From the NCBI GenBank assembly GCA_965203295.1, contig CBDBCZ010000010.1:288001-352000 (forward strand): a stretch of 64,000 nucleotides of DNA. Direction: 5' to 3'. Below the pieces are notes generated by a model, which had not been told where the DNA came from, did not search any database, and saw nothing but the letters and a program-made list of their open reading frames with translations. The position numbers and the translations under genes are program-made. The stretch comes from Nitrospirales bacterium. Lineage in GTDB: Bacteria; Nitrospirota; Nitrospiria; Nitrospirales; UBA8639. Positions 50,738-64,000 of this stretch are shown here, one piece after another (position 1 is the stretch's first letter; every line of letters begins with the position of its first letter).

Positions 50738-51110
50738 TATGGCGTGATATCTGGGTAAAAAATCGATCCAGCGAAGCACAAATTTACCCGTACTCAATCA
50801 CGCAGCCAACCGATCGAATTTCTGTATCGAGCCCAAAGAGCAATCGATTTTCTGTATCGAGCCCAAAGAGTGATCGATTTTCTCTTTCGGTCCCAAATAT
50901 CAATCCATCGATTTTCTGTATCGATCCCAAAGATTAATTGATTTCACCCACCAAATGAAAACTACCGACGGCTTTGCTGAATAAACGCTAATGATTGAGC
51001 GATCTTTTCAAACGAGGCATCGTATCATTTCTCTCCATCGAGCCCAAAGATCGATCGATTTATCACGATAACTTCTCCAATACCATTTTCTTCGTTGATC
51101 ACAAAGATCA
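50738..51110 (+). mobile_element. IS3EU-like terminus E with subterminal repeats of about 30 bp
   Basis: TATGGCGTGAT interrupts the upstream ORF. TCGATTTTCTGTATCGAGCCCAAAGA is repeated over 50812-51060. Confidence 0.6.
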
Positions 51111-51156
51111 AATTTGCTACTGCGCATGCGCAAAACACACATGGTGACGTGCTGGC

Positions 51157-54100
51157 ATGGCGGAGAAGGACTTGAACTTGCCGGTTGCCGATCCTTCTTC
51201 GCCGTTGGCCTTTGCTGCGTGGGTACAGGAACATGGTGGTGATGAGCAGTTTGTCGGCATTTTGACTGCGCATGGATTTTCCTCGAAGCTGTCACTCAGT
51301 AACCTGGATGTTAGTGCCATGGAAGCAACGGGACTGCTGGAGCAGCTTAACTACGGCCAGAAATGTCTCCTCCGTGGCCTAATTTAGCTCTGCTGTACAC
51401 AGTCCGGTGATAGTGGCTCTTCTACAAGGAAGGCTCGTGGAGTAGACTATGGTGAAGTGACTGAAAAGGTGCAACACATTGGGTCAAAGACAAAGAAAGG
51501 AATCTCTATCAGGAGCAAGCTAGGCCAGCTCTTTCACTTCAATCTCGCAAGCTCAAATGCAGGTTCGTCGAAGGTTGCAGGTGCACAAGAGACTGGAAGT
51601 GATTCGGATGACTTCCAGCCAGTTCCTCTGAATCGTGCACCTCGTCCTATGAAAAAGAAGTCATCAGTATCCACTGCTACCCGTGCAGGAAAGGGAAAGC
51701 AGCCTGCTAAGCGTAAAGTGAAGGAGTTTCGACTTAAGGTGGTTGCCCTCCCTCGAATGATGTCTCAAATACCGGTTCCTAGTGAGAGACGTGTACATGA
51801 GGTGTGGGTTCGTGCTACATCAAGTGGAGATGAGGTCGCTGGCAAGATTCAGAGCGTACTAGGGTGGAAAGAGAAGCCACAATACCTCTACGCACAGGGA
51901 AAAAACATTCGACCAGCAAGTTTGAGTGATGTTGAAGGAGCAGACAGTTGGGATGTGCAATCGATTCGGGCTCTGATGGGAAGTGGGTGTCTCTATGTTG
52001 TGAAGATGGGCGTGTCTGAAGCTACTGATAATGATACAGAGGTGAGCAATGATACCCAACAAGATTAGAAGACATCCTGGGTATTGTTTAGTGTTGTTTT
52101 AGTATGGCTTCACATAATTAGATTTAGTTTTAGAAAAAAGCTAATGAAGAACAAAGTTTAGCTTTAGTTTTAGTCAACTAACGAGAAAAAAGGTTACTAC
52201 AATACTTTTAGTAGCTATTAGTTAACCACAACTAAAAGGGTTGATTTTGGCGAATTTTTTTTAGTTTAGTTGTATTTTATTCCCAGAGGCCAGTACCCTT
52301 TAAGTTTTAGTTTTAGTTAGTTAACTAAATCTGTTTTTGCTCCAACTAAAACACTTTTTGTTTTTAATTTCAGTTTTCAGTTAACTAATACAACACTAGG
52401 TTATATGTATGGTTATCTGAACTTGTGAACACAAATGTTTGATTTTGATTAGGAAACCATGGATGAGTATGAGGAGAGCTTGAGAAGGCTCCTGACAATC
52501 TTTGAGCAGGCTCCTGACAATCTTCAAGAAAACTCCAAAATCTACTATTGCTGAGCTACTCTCTAGGCATGGATTTCAGAAGACCCTGGACATTCTGCTT
52601 GGTGAAATACAAGATAACATTCGAAGCACTTGCCCATCCCCTTCTTTCCCCTTCTTCAAGCGAACAGGTAATTTTAGCATGAGTCATTTTTTGCTTGAAT
52701 GGATTACACCATAATGAAGGTATAATATTTGTATCCACCAGTTGCCCCAAGCGGATTTGAGTCAAGATGTGCCCTCTGTTCAACAAGCCTCTTCTGCTTC
52801 TCAGGGAACACAGCAGGAAGTCTCTGATGAAAATCTACCAACTCAGCATGTCCATGTGAGCGATTTCCAGTATCCCCCTGGTTTATCAGTTCGTGTCATT
52901 GAGTTGGACCCAGGCCCTACTACGTCTAGTGAAGGAAGTCGAGAGTATCCCATTGAAGTCGACAAAAGCCCTCCGTCTCTTGAGATCCTTCTTCAGGAGC
53001 ATGCGATGCAGGTGGTTAACCAGTCATATATCCCACCTAGTACACTACTACACTACAACTGACTGAGATTAAAAGTCATAATTTGGCACCTCAGGGCTAC
53101 AAGGGAAATATGGCTCATAAATTGGCACCTCAGGGCTACAAGGGAAAATATGGCTCATAATTTGGCACCTCAAGCAATTGAATATTGTACACATAGTTCC
53201 AAGTGTTACAGCAGAATATATAGAGTGTGAGTACATAACTTGATAGATAACAAGTATGTAAGCCAGTCACTGGATCTGGGAAAATAGCTGATCAAGTTCT
53301 GTCTCAGTCAGAATGTCAATGTTTGATGAGGGTTGTGGAGGTGGTTGAGGAGCTGACGAAATATTAATGGCCCAGCCTTGTAAGTTCTGGAAAGATACTG
53401 GCATACCAGAAAAGAAAGGTGGAAGTGAAGGTGACAGTGCTGGCTGTACACATGTACTTATGGACTGAGAAGAGGAATGATGGTATGCATAGGTTGAGTG
53501 CTGTGTTACTGACAGCAAAGAATAAACTGCCTTGTGCTGTTCTTTGCTTGATCTTTCATGAGTTCTCAGAGCTTCTATAGAGCGGTGCCCAGTTCGTTCT
53601 TGAATCAGTTTTTCTGGAGCACCAGCCTTGTACATGTCAGTAGCACTTGTGGCCCAAAGACTGTGATTTGTTTTGCTTCCAACAACTCCAGCCTCAGCAC
53701 ACATTTTCTTGACCTTTTGCTGAAGTGTGTGCTTTCCAAGAGGAACAGAACTGTACCAGGCCTTACTTGGTTCAAGTGGCATCTTCTCAAGAGGTCGAAC
53801 ATAAAAAAGTACTGGACACCTTTCTCTGGCTTCAGGGCAGGCATAAACGGGAACAACTTTGCTTTTGACATGCAGTTGCTTGAAACTTCCGTTTCGGTTC
53901 TTCGATACATTTGCATAGTATATGTACCTGTCATCAGCACAGCGCTGCAGTTGCGAGAGCTTTAATGCTCTGTGCTCTTGGCCTCCTCGAAGGCAAAACA
54001 TCTTGCCAATTGTGTAGAATACGGCATTCAGCAATCCTCTTGGGGTTTTGCAATCTAGCACACCTCTCTCCCACAGCTGATTTTCTTCTTCGACTGAAAT

Positions 54101-55160
54101 GGTCTCTGTGTGCTTCACTTGTCTCCCAATGCCCTCAGAATGCAGATCATGAAAGAAAGAATCCAAGGTACAGTGAAGCTGCTTAAATCTACCATCTTTC
54201 TTATCTAAGAAGTTTGGACAGCCAGGATTGCAATCTCGCATATGTCTCAATACCCCACAGAGACTTGGTGCTCTTGCTCGTATTCTCAGGAACCAGCCCT
54301 TTAGCGAGCTGGGTAAGCTTCTGTTCAGAAGCGAACCGAAAGCGGGGCTGTGGGAGGGGCTCTGGGTCAGTACGAGGTGCCTGGCTTGAAGGGTGGGGCT
54401 GCTCACTCACAAAAAGGCGGGGTTGTTGCTCGCTATTTGGGTGTGGTCTGGTAGAATCATGGCGCGCACCAGGACAGTTGGTCCACGCGCACATGCCGAC
54501 GCAACAGTTCGAGTAGGAACAAGCCACTTCGTACTATTAATATATTCTTATGGTTGCTAAGTACGCGCTGATGTTTTGACCAATCAGGTGAGATATATAA
54601 TACTCATAGCACGGTAGCCTAGTGATTTATGGACCATAACCACCCTTGTCCTCGGGCTGCGCCCTCGGACTCGGGGTGGTTATAGTCCATAAATCCCAGG
54701 CTACCGTGCTATAACTATAACTTCAGAGTATTCACTGTCTGTTGATCGTACAACTGCTGATAGTTTCTGGCTCTCTGCTATTGCTTTCTACAAAGGAGCC
54801 AAGGTTCGCCCAGAAAAGCTTCAAAAGCAGCTAGTTGTGTCCTTCACTGGGACGGGTGAAATTGGTGCAGATTCGGGAGCCTTAAGGAAGGAATTTTTTG
54901 AAGATGCTCTGAAGGAAGCCAATGAGAGGTTGTTCGATGGGGAAGACTACTCTCGAATTCCAAAGAAGGACTATACCCTTCAGGTCCTGTTTGAGCTGGT
55001 AGGTATGCTCATGGCACATTCCGTGCTCCAGGAAGGACCTGGGTTTCCCTATCTGAGTGAAGTAATGTACGACTACATTACAAAGGGAGAATGCTACCCT
55101 TGCAAGACAGACATCCCACTTGATCTGGAAACTACTGAGCTACACACCTTCATTGAGCAA
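51157..55160 (+). pseudogene. HECT E3 ligase 3 with SAM-like N-terminus; interrupted by Crypton, 3' part lost
   Basis: FAAWV..FVGILTAHGF..L..LNYGQKCLL (SAM-like, stop at 51385); WDVQSIRALMGSGCLYV domain; VSFTGTGEIGADSGALRKEFF..HSVLQEGPGFPYL (HECT N-lobe). Confidence 0.8.
53027..54718 (-). mobile_element. Crypton (DUF3504-type tyrosine recombinase) element, catalytically dead
   Basis: ORF 53267-54406: LRGGQEHR, SKNRNG, NHSLW (R>W), TGHRS..LRTHER (Y>H). Ends are TATATCCCACCT / AGGTGAGATATA with a terminal hairpin at 54606-54712. Confidence 0.85.
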
Positions 55161-55241
55161 GTAAGGTCACAATTTATGGATATTGCTCTGTGTAACACCA
55201 TATGGGGGTAACATTAACTTTGAACGCCATGCATATATATT

Positions 55242-55402
55242 AGTTAAAGTACCGTCCCGAGTGCACTACGTGAAATATTGCACGAGGGTGTGGGCGAAAG
55301 GCAAATATAGCACGAGGCGAAGCCGAGTGCTATATTTGGCCTTGAGACCACGCCCAAGTGCAATACTTCACGTAGTGCACGAGGGTATACGGTACTTTAA
55401 CT
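55242..55402. repeat. 160-bp hairpin with GGCGAAGCC centre (Crypton-type non-autonomous end)
   Basis: AGTTAAAGTACCGT..GTGCACTACGTGAA ... TTCACGTAGTGCAC..ACGGTACTTTAACT. Confidence 0.7.
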
Positions 55403-56024
55403 GGTTTATAGTATTTGACGTTTGAATTTTGTGCTGGTCGCTCGAGAGATATGGCGTTTTTTGGCTCACAGATCGTTCAACAATCGATGTAGAAAGCATG
55501 GTAAGCTGCTATTCTCGGTGTATGCCTAGTTTTGTTGCTTTTCCGTCAGTCTGTACGCTGCAAGCTTACCGTTCTGTGCATCAAATAGCACTACTAGGCT
55601 CAAGGCTTTACTGGTACCATGGTAGCTAATGTGTTGTAGCCTACATGAGCTCCGTATGGTTGTACCCATTTGCTAGTAGTCAAGTGGCGCTTTTCGTGCA
55701 TTTACCAATTTCTGTATCAACTGTCACTAGCCGTTTTTGCTGCTTTCAAGTACCTTTGCTTTGCCATACAAAATTCAAGTCACTTTAAATAATAGTTGCC
55801 CTTGCAGCTGGCCCTGCTGCACTTTCGTGGATTCTGTTTACAGTTAATTGCAAAAAGTTTTCAATTACCAATGACCTGTTCTACATTGTACTTCCTGTGC
55901 TGAGTTTTCATATAGCACTCTTCACACCATAACTGTGCTATATGGAAAATAAAGCACACTTTTCGCCTTTGATCCGCCCACGCAAATACTATAAAAAATA
56001 GAAAAAACATGTACTTTATATTAA

Positions 56025-56231
56025 CTCATTGCATGCCGTAATTACGTCACGCGCGTGATGCTCCACGCCACAGTTTCTATAAAAATGGCGTACTAATAGT
56101 TTTAGTACTGTGTATGGCTATTTTTATGCTTACCAAGTCAAGTATCCAGCGAATTTTGCATCGTATTTGTTGGAAGACTACCAGCTACAGCCATTGAAGG
56201 CAAAAAGGGCAGTGGATCGGAACCAAGAAGG
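56025..56231 (+). mobile_element. Truncated second copy of the piggyBac-2 left end
   Basis: TTAA|CTCATTGCATGCCGTAATTACGTCACGCGCGTGATGCTCCACG matches 47106-47152. Confidence 0.8.
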
Positions 56232-56330
56232 GGCGTCTACAATCGCTGGACTGGAATGGTGGACTGGACCGGTGGAATGGACTGGACTGGACTGGACTGG
56301 ACTGGACTGGACTGGACTGGACTGGACTGA
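56232..56330 (+). repeat. (GGACT)n array after GGCGTCTACAATCG; probable terminus of the downstream MULE-like element
   Basis: The pentanucleotide repeat abruptly truncates the piggyBac end. Confidence 0.6.
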
Positions 56331-56904
56331 AGAGTGTCAATATAGTAAAAGCAGTAGTTGCGGCGTGCTCTGGTTTTGGAACGGCTACGCCATGCATGCT
56401 CAATAACGTATAACTCCACTCCACAAACAGTCCTATTTTTCGAAGATTATTGAATTAGATCACTATAGACTATACTGTCTACCAGATGACATCATTGTTA
56501 CAAAAATAGAAACTACCAAAAGTGGGGTGGACAGCTATTGACCACGCTGTCCATCAGATGACATCATTGTCACAAAAATAGAAACTACCAAAAGTGGGGT
56601 GGATAGTATTGCCTATGTCAGGGCGCATGCGCATTTGTGTTGTGCTGCACGTGGAAAATCTCATAATAAGCTTTAGTCGCTCTATAGGTCTAGGATGTTT
56701 TTTAGCAGTGTTTTAAACTTTTGATTTAGTGTTTTAACTGGGTATAAGCATGAAAGTTGTCTGTCTAGTAGTAGCAGTGTTCTTTTGTTTTAATCTTGGT
56801 GACAGTGTGATTAACGTGTTGTCGGCCACCACCCTGAGCTGCTTGTCGGCTCGCCCCAATCCGGCCACCCCAGCCTTGTCAGCTCGCTGCTTATCAGCCA
56901 TTTA

Positions 56905-59120
56905 CCGCCTCCCGTTCAGCGCCACGGTTGGCCAGTGCCGAATCGGTCAGCATCTCTCTCCTGCCGGACAGCCGCGAGCCCAACGGTCTGGTATCGGTCA
57001 GCCCCTTGCCATCCTTCCTTCCTGGCCGACTATTTTGTGTCACCGCCCTGCCTACCGGACAGACTCCCGCCATCCAACCCTCTGCCGCCTCCCCTCCAGC
57101 GCCACGGTTGGCCAGCGCCACGGTTGGCCAGTGCCAAGTCGGTCAGCATCTCTCTCCTGCCGGACAGCCGCGAGCCCGACGGTCTGGTGTCGGTCAGCCC
57201 CTTGCCAGCCTTCCTTCCTGGCCGACTATTTTGTGTCACCGCCCTGCCTATCGGACAGACTCCGGCCATCCAACCCTCTGCCGCCTCCCCTCCAGCGCCA
57301 CGGTTGGCCAGTACCAAGTCGGTCAGCATCTCTCTCCTGCCGGACAGCCGCGAGCCCGGACAGACTCCCGCCATCCCACCCTCTGCCGCCTCCCCTCCAG
57401 CGCCACGGTTGGCCAGTGCCAAGTCGGTCAGCATCTCTCTCCTGCCGGACAGCCGCGAGCCCGACGGTCTGGTGTCGGTTAGCCCATTGCCAGCCTTCCT
57501 TCCTGGCCGACTATTTTGTGTCACCGCCCTGCCTACCGGACAGACTCCCGCCATCCAACCCTCTGCCGCCTCCCCTCCAGCGCCACGATTGGCCAGTGCC
57601 AAGTCGGTCAGCATCTCTCTCCTACCGGACAGCCGCGAGCCCGACGGTCTGGTGTCGGTCAGCCCCTTGCCAGCCTTCCTTCCTGGCCGACTATTTTGTG
57701 TCACCGCCCTGCCTATCGGACAGACTCCGGCCACCCAACCCTCTGCCGCCTCCCCTCCAGCGCCACGGTTGGCCAGTACCAAGTCGGTCAGCATCTCTCT
57801 CCTGCCGGACAGCCGCGAGCCCGGACAGACTCCCGCCATCCCACCCTCTGCCGCCTCCCCTCCAGCGCCACGGTTGGCCAGTGCCAAGTCGGTCAGCATC
57901 TCTCTCCTGCCGGACAGCCGCGAGCCCGACGGTCTGGTGTCGGTCAGCCCATTGCCAGCCTTCCTTCCTGGCCGACTATTTTGTGTCACCGCCCTGCCTA
58001 CCGGACAGACTCCCGCCATCCAACCCTCTGCCGCCTCCCCTCCAGCGCCACGGTTGGCCAGTGCCAAGTCGGTCAGCATCTCTCTCCTACCGGACAGCCG
58101 CGAGCCCGACGGTCTGGTATCGTTCAGCCCCTTGCCAGCCTTCCTTCCTGGCCGACTATTTTGTGTCACCGCCCTGCCTATCGGACAGACTCCGGCCATC
58201 CAACCCTCTGCCGCCTCCCCTCCAGCGCCACGGTTGGCCAGTACCAAGTCGGTCAGCATCTCTCTCCTGCCGGACAGCCGCGAGCCCGGACAGACTCCCG
58301 CCATCCCACCCTCTGCCGCCTCCCCTCCAGCGCCACGGTTGGCCAGTGCCAAGTCGGTCAGCATCTCTCTCCTGCCGGACAGCCGCGAGCCCGACGGTCT
58401 GGTGTCGGTCAGCCCATTGCCAGCCTTCCTTCCTGGCCGACTATTTTGTGTCACCGCCCTGCCTACCGGACAGACTCCCGCCATCCAACCCTCTGCCGCC
58501 TCCCCTCCAGCGCCACGGTTGGCCAGTGCCAAGTCGGTCAGCATCTCTCTCCTACCGGACAGCCGCGAGCCCGACGGTCTGGTATCGTTCAGCCCCTTGC
58601 CAGCCTTCCTTCCTGGCCGACTATTTTGTGTCACCGCCCTGCCTACCGGACAGACTCCCGCCATCCAACCCTCTGCCGCCTCCCCTCCAGCGCCACGGTT
58701 GGCCAGTGCCAAGTCGGTCAGCATCTCTCTCCTGCCGGACAGCCGCAAGCCCGACGGTCTGGTGTCGGTCAGCCCCTTGCCAGCCTTCCTTCTTGGCCAA
58801 CTATTTTGTGTCACAGCCCTGCCTATCGGACAGACTCCCGCCATCCAACCCTCTGCCGCCTCCCCTCCAGCGCCACGGTTGGCCAGTGCCAAGTCGGTCA
58901 GCATCTCTCTCCTGCCGGACAGCTGCAAGCCCGACGGTCTTCTGTCGGCCAGCCCCTTGCCAGCCTCCCTTCCTGGCCAGTAGTTTGGTCAAAAATTTGG
59001 TGTCATCACGCTGCCTACTGGACAGCCTCCCGTCAGCCGGCCCTCCGCCGCCTCCCTTCCAGCCAAGTCGGCCAGCATCTCTTTCCTGCCGTACAGCCGT
59101 CTTGCATCGGTCAGCCCCTT
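56905..59120 (+). repeat. Minisatellite of 180-bp and 105-bp units forming a 465-bp higher-order repeat
   Basis: Anchor TCCCCTCCAGCGCCAC at 57090, 57286, 57391, 57571, 57751, 57856, 58036, 58216, 58321, 58501, 58681, 58861. Confidence 0.95.
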
Positions 59121-61273
59121 GCTAACATCCTTTCTTGGTCGAAAAGCTGTAGGGGTAGTATTGGCAGCTCACCCAAAATTATGTCAGCCCGCCCCCTTCC
59201 CGGAAGCCCTTCGCTAGACAGTTCCTTACTGGACAGCCCATTTTCTCAGTTCGAACGCATAGAAGATGGTTCTGCTGTTGATCCTGTTGTTGTTGAGGAT
59301 ACAGAGGAGCCCCTGAAATTTACTGATGTTCCAGGATCACCCGTTAAACTCGTACAGTCTTCTCGCTTTCGGTAAGTATCTGGATTTTTGAGGTAAAGAG
59401 TGCATCTTGTAGGCATGTGTAGTTGTTCTCATTTGAAAACATGTACTGGTAATGATTGCAACACTTCCTCGTGCTAAATTATGTGTGCAGCTTAGTACAC
59501 TGGGCGTTATGTTGGATAGCAGAGAATGTGATGATGTAACCCAGTATCTGTAATGAAGTGTTTTATGTCTACAGCCGCTTTCTACAAGACTTGGAAAATT
59601 CAGAGTCGGATTCAGAGTCAGCTTCAGATTCTGAAGTAGATGTGATTGACCTGACTCAGGATAGCAGTGATACGGGTTAGTTACACAGAACTAATAAATG
59701 GATTCTCTCCTAGAATAATGGAGGATATGTGATGTTTGTTGCCTACTATCTTAACTGCCTTTTTCAATCCACAGCCGAAGAGCTAGAAAGAGACCCCATT
59801 TCTCCCAAGTCCTCTAAAAGGTATGTTATATATATATCGGCAGCACTTTGGGTAAATTTGTTTCAGCACATTTCCCCCCTCCACTAGAAGGCTTCATTTC
59901 ACCCAGTCTGCCGCTGTATCTGTGAAAAAGGAGCCCTAGAGGTGTGATGTCATGATGCAGTGTAGAGTGCAAATGTTGTTACTTGTTCGCAATCTATAGT
60001 TCACCTGGATTTCTTGTTAACTTAACCACTTTGTCTGCAACTGCAGTGTTATTGAAGATTCTGCTGATGAAAGTTTCCATGCACCTCCTCCAAAGCGAGT
60101 CAAAAGGTTGGCAATAAAGCTAATCCAGATCATTTTGTATCATCGGTGTAGGCATGTTGCTGCATAACTTTTCAACACTAAGGTTTAAGACAAGGAGTAA
60201 ACAAGTTGAGGTTACAGGATACTGCGAAAATATTCCAGTGACCTAAATTGCAAACTCGTTGCACGCAGAAATTGTCATTCATGGTGTTTCCATGCACGAA
60301 TTCAATTACCTTGTGCACTTTATTTGCGTGTGAGTAGAATGTGCTGTGTTTGTACTCCGAAAGTACTAGCTAGAAGCTTCCGCCTCGATCCATATATGAA
60401 GTAGTGTAGCTAGATGGATAGTGCATGCATTGAAGACGGCCACTTAAAGCCTTAAAACTCAATCCTGCAAGTGTTCTATATACCGTGTATCGACGATCCG
60501 GCAGTTACTCGTGCGCTAGTTGCTCGAAATGACTTCCGGCATTTAGGCTATTGATGTCTACTTGTAATTTCAGCCTATTTTTGCTAATGGAATGGTTCTG
60601 TCCTGAAGGAAGTGCTGCTATTTACGTGGGCGACCAAAAAAAAAATTACATACTGGCCAGTTATGTGGTCTCTTGTGTGCAATGAGTTTTAATTAGCAAT
60701 AGGCAAATGAAGTAAACTGTGTAAACTGTTAGCCTTTGATTCTGACAGCCTAACCTAATTAAGTACTGGAGAGCCACTGCCCATTTGCCTTCTCCTGAAC
60801 TTACAAGCACATATATGGAAGGCACTGTTTACTTTGACCCTAGAGCTACTTCATAGCTTAATTAATCCTTCACCAACCCATTACTCTAGTGTGTTTACTT
60901 AGGGTTCAAGCCTCACTGTGTTGCAAAGATTCTGCAAATTCCTGTAACTGTGTTCTTCCATTTGAGGGTGCCCTGCGCCTTACAGGTTGCAAAGACTGCA
61001 AATTCCTGTATAGTGACAGTAGCAAGTGTTACACACTCTACATTCATTTATGTGCTGCTTGTAACCTTGCTGTTGCATAGTGTCAGTGTGTCATATGGCA
61101 ACGGCCAGGTATATAGCTTTTTGATTATTGAACTTCAGAAGACCAGACTAATTAGGACTACTGTACTGTGTGTGTGGTCTTGTGATAGTGAAGTACTACA
61201 GTATGGTATACTCACTACCAAGTAATGTTTTGCAAGTTAAATGTTGTATGTGCATGAACTTTTGCTGCTGCAG

Positions 61274-63983
<2,710 letters not shown>

Positions 63984-64000
63984 GGATCCAAAGGGAAAGG

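Noticed and set aside
52089..52398. hAT-like MITE with TAGTGTTG..CAACACTA ends
   Set aside because: The inverted ends and TTAGTT repeats are visible, but no 8-bp TSD; too weak to classify.
56935..58983. 682-aa plus-strand and 632-aa minus-strand ORFs as separate or overlapping genes
   Set aside because: A GC-rich unit without stops repeats in every frame. Only the frame reaching the 59372 donor has independent support.

Overview
Eukaryotic, intron-rich DNA with small GT-AG introns, most likely a non-bilaterian animal such as a demosponge (inferred from repeat and gene style only). The window is a dense nest of DNA transposons and their cargo, and no ordinary single-copy host gene was recognised. 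It holds two piggyBac pseudogenes, a Crypton tyrosine recombinase, two MULE-like transposases (one beside a RecQ helicase, one behind a coding-like 180/105-bp higher-order repeat), Zator-like and CACTA-like remnants, a Ulp1-PHD remnant and many MITEs. The main signal is a family of spliced (12-exon) IS3/integrase-core DDE transposases with TAYGG termini and subterminal tandem repeats (IS3EU-like). Three times such a transposase lies convergent with an IRAK/Pelle-like kinase gene (non-RD where the catalytic loop survives), twice with stop codons about 60 bp apart. Related TAYGG-ended elements carry HECT E3 ligases with differing N-terminal modules (UBZ; TRAF-type Zn finger + UBX; SAM). This suggests mobile elements that move and shuffle innate-immune-type signalling genes. 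All exon models were read by eye, and family names come from motif recognition, not database searches.
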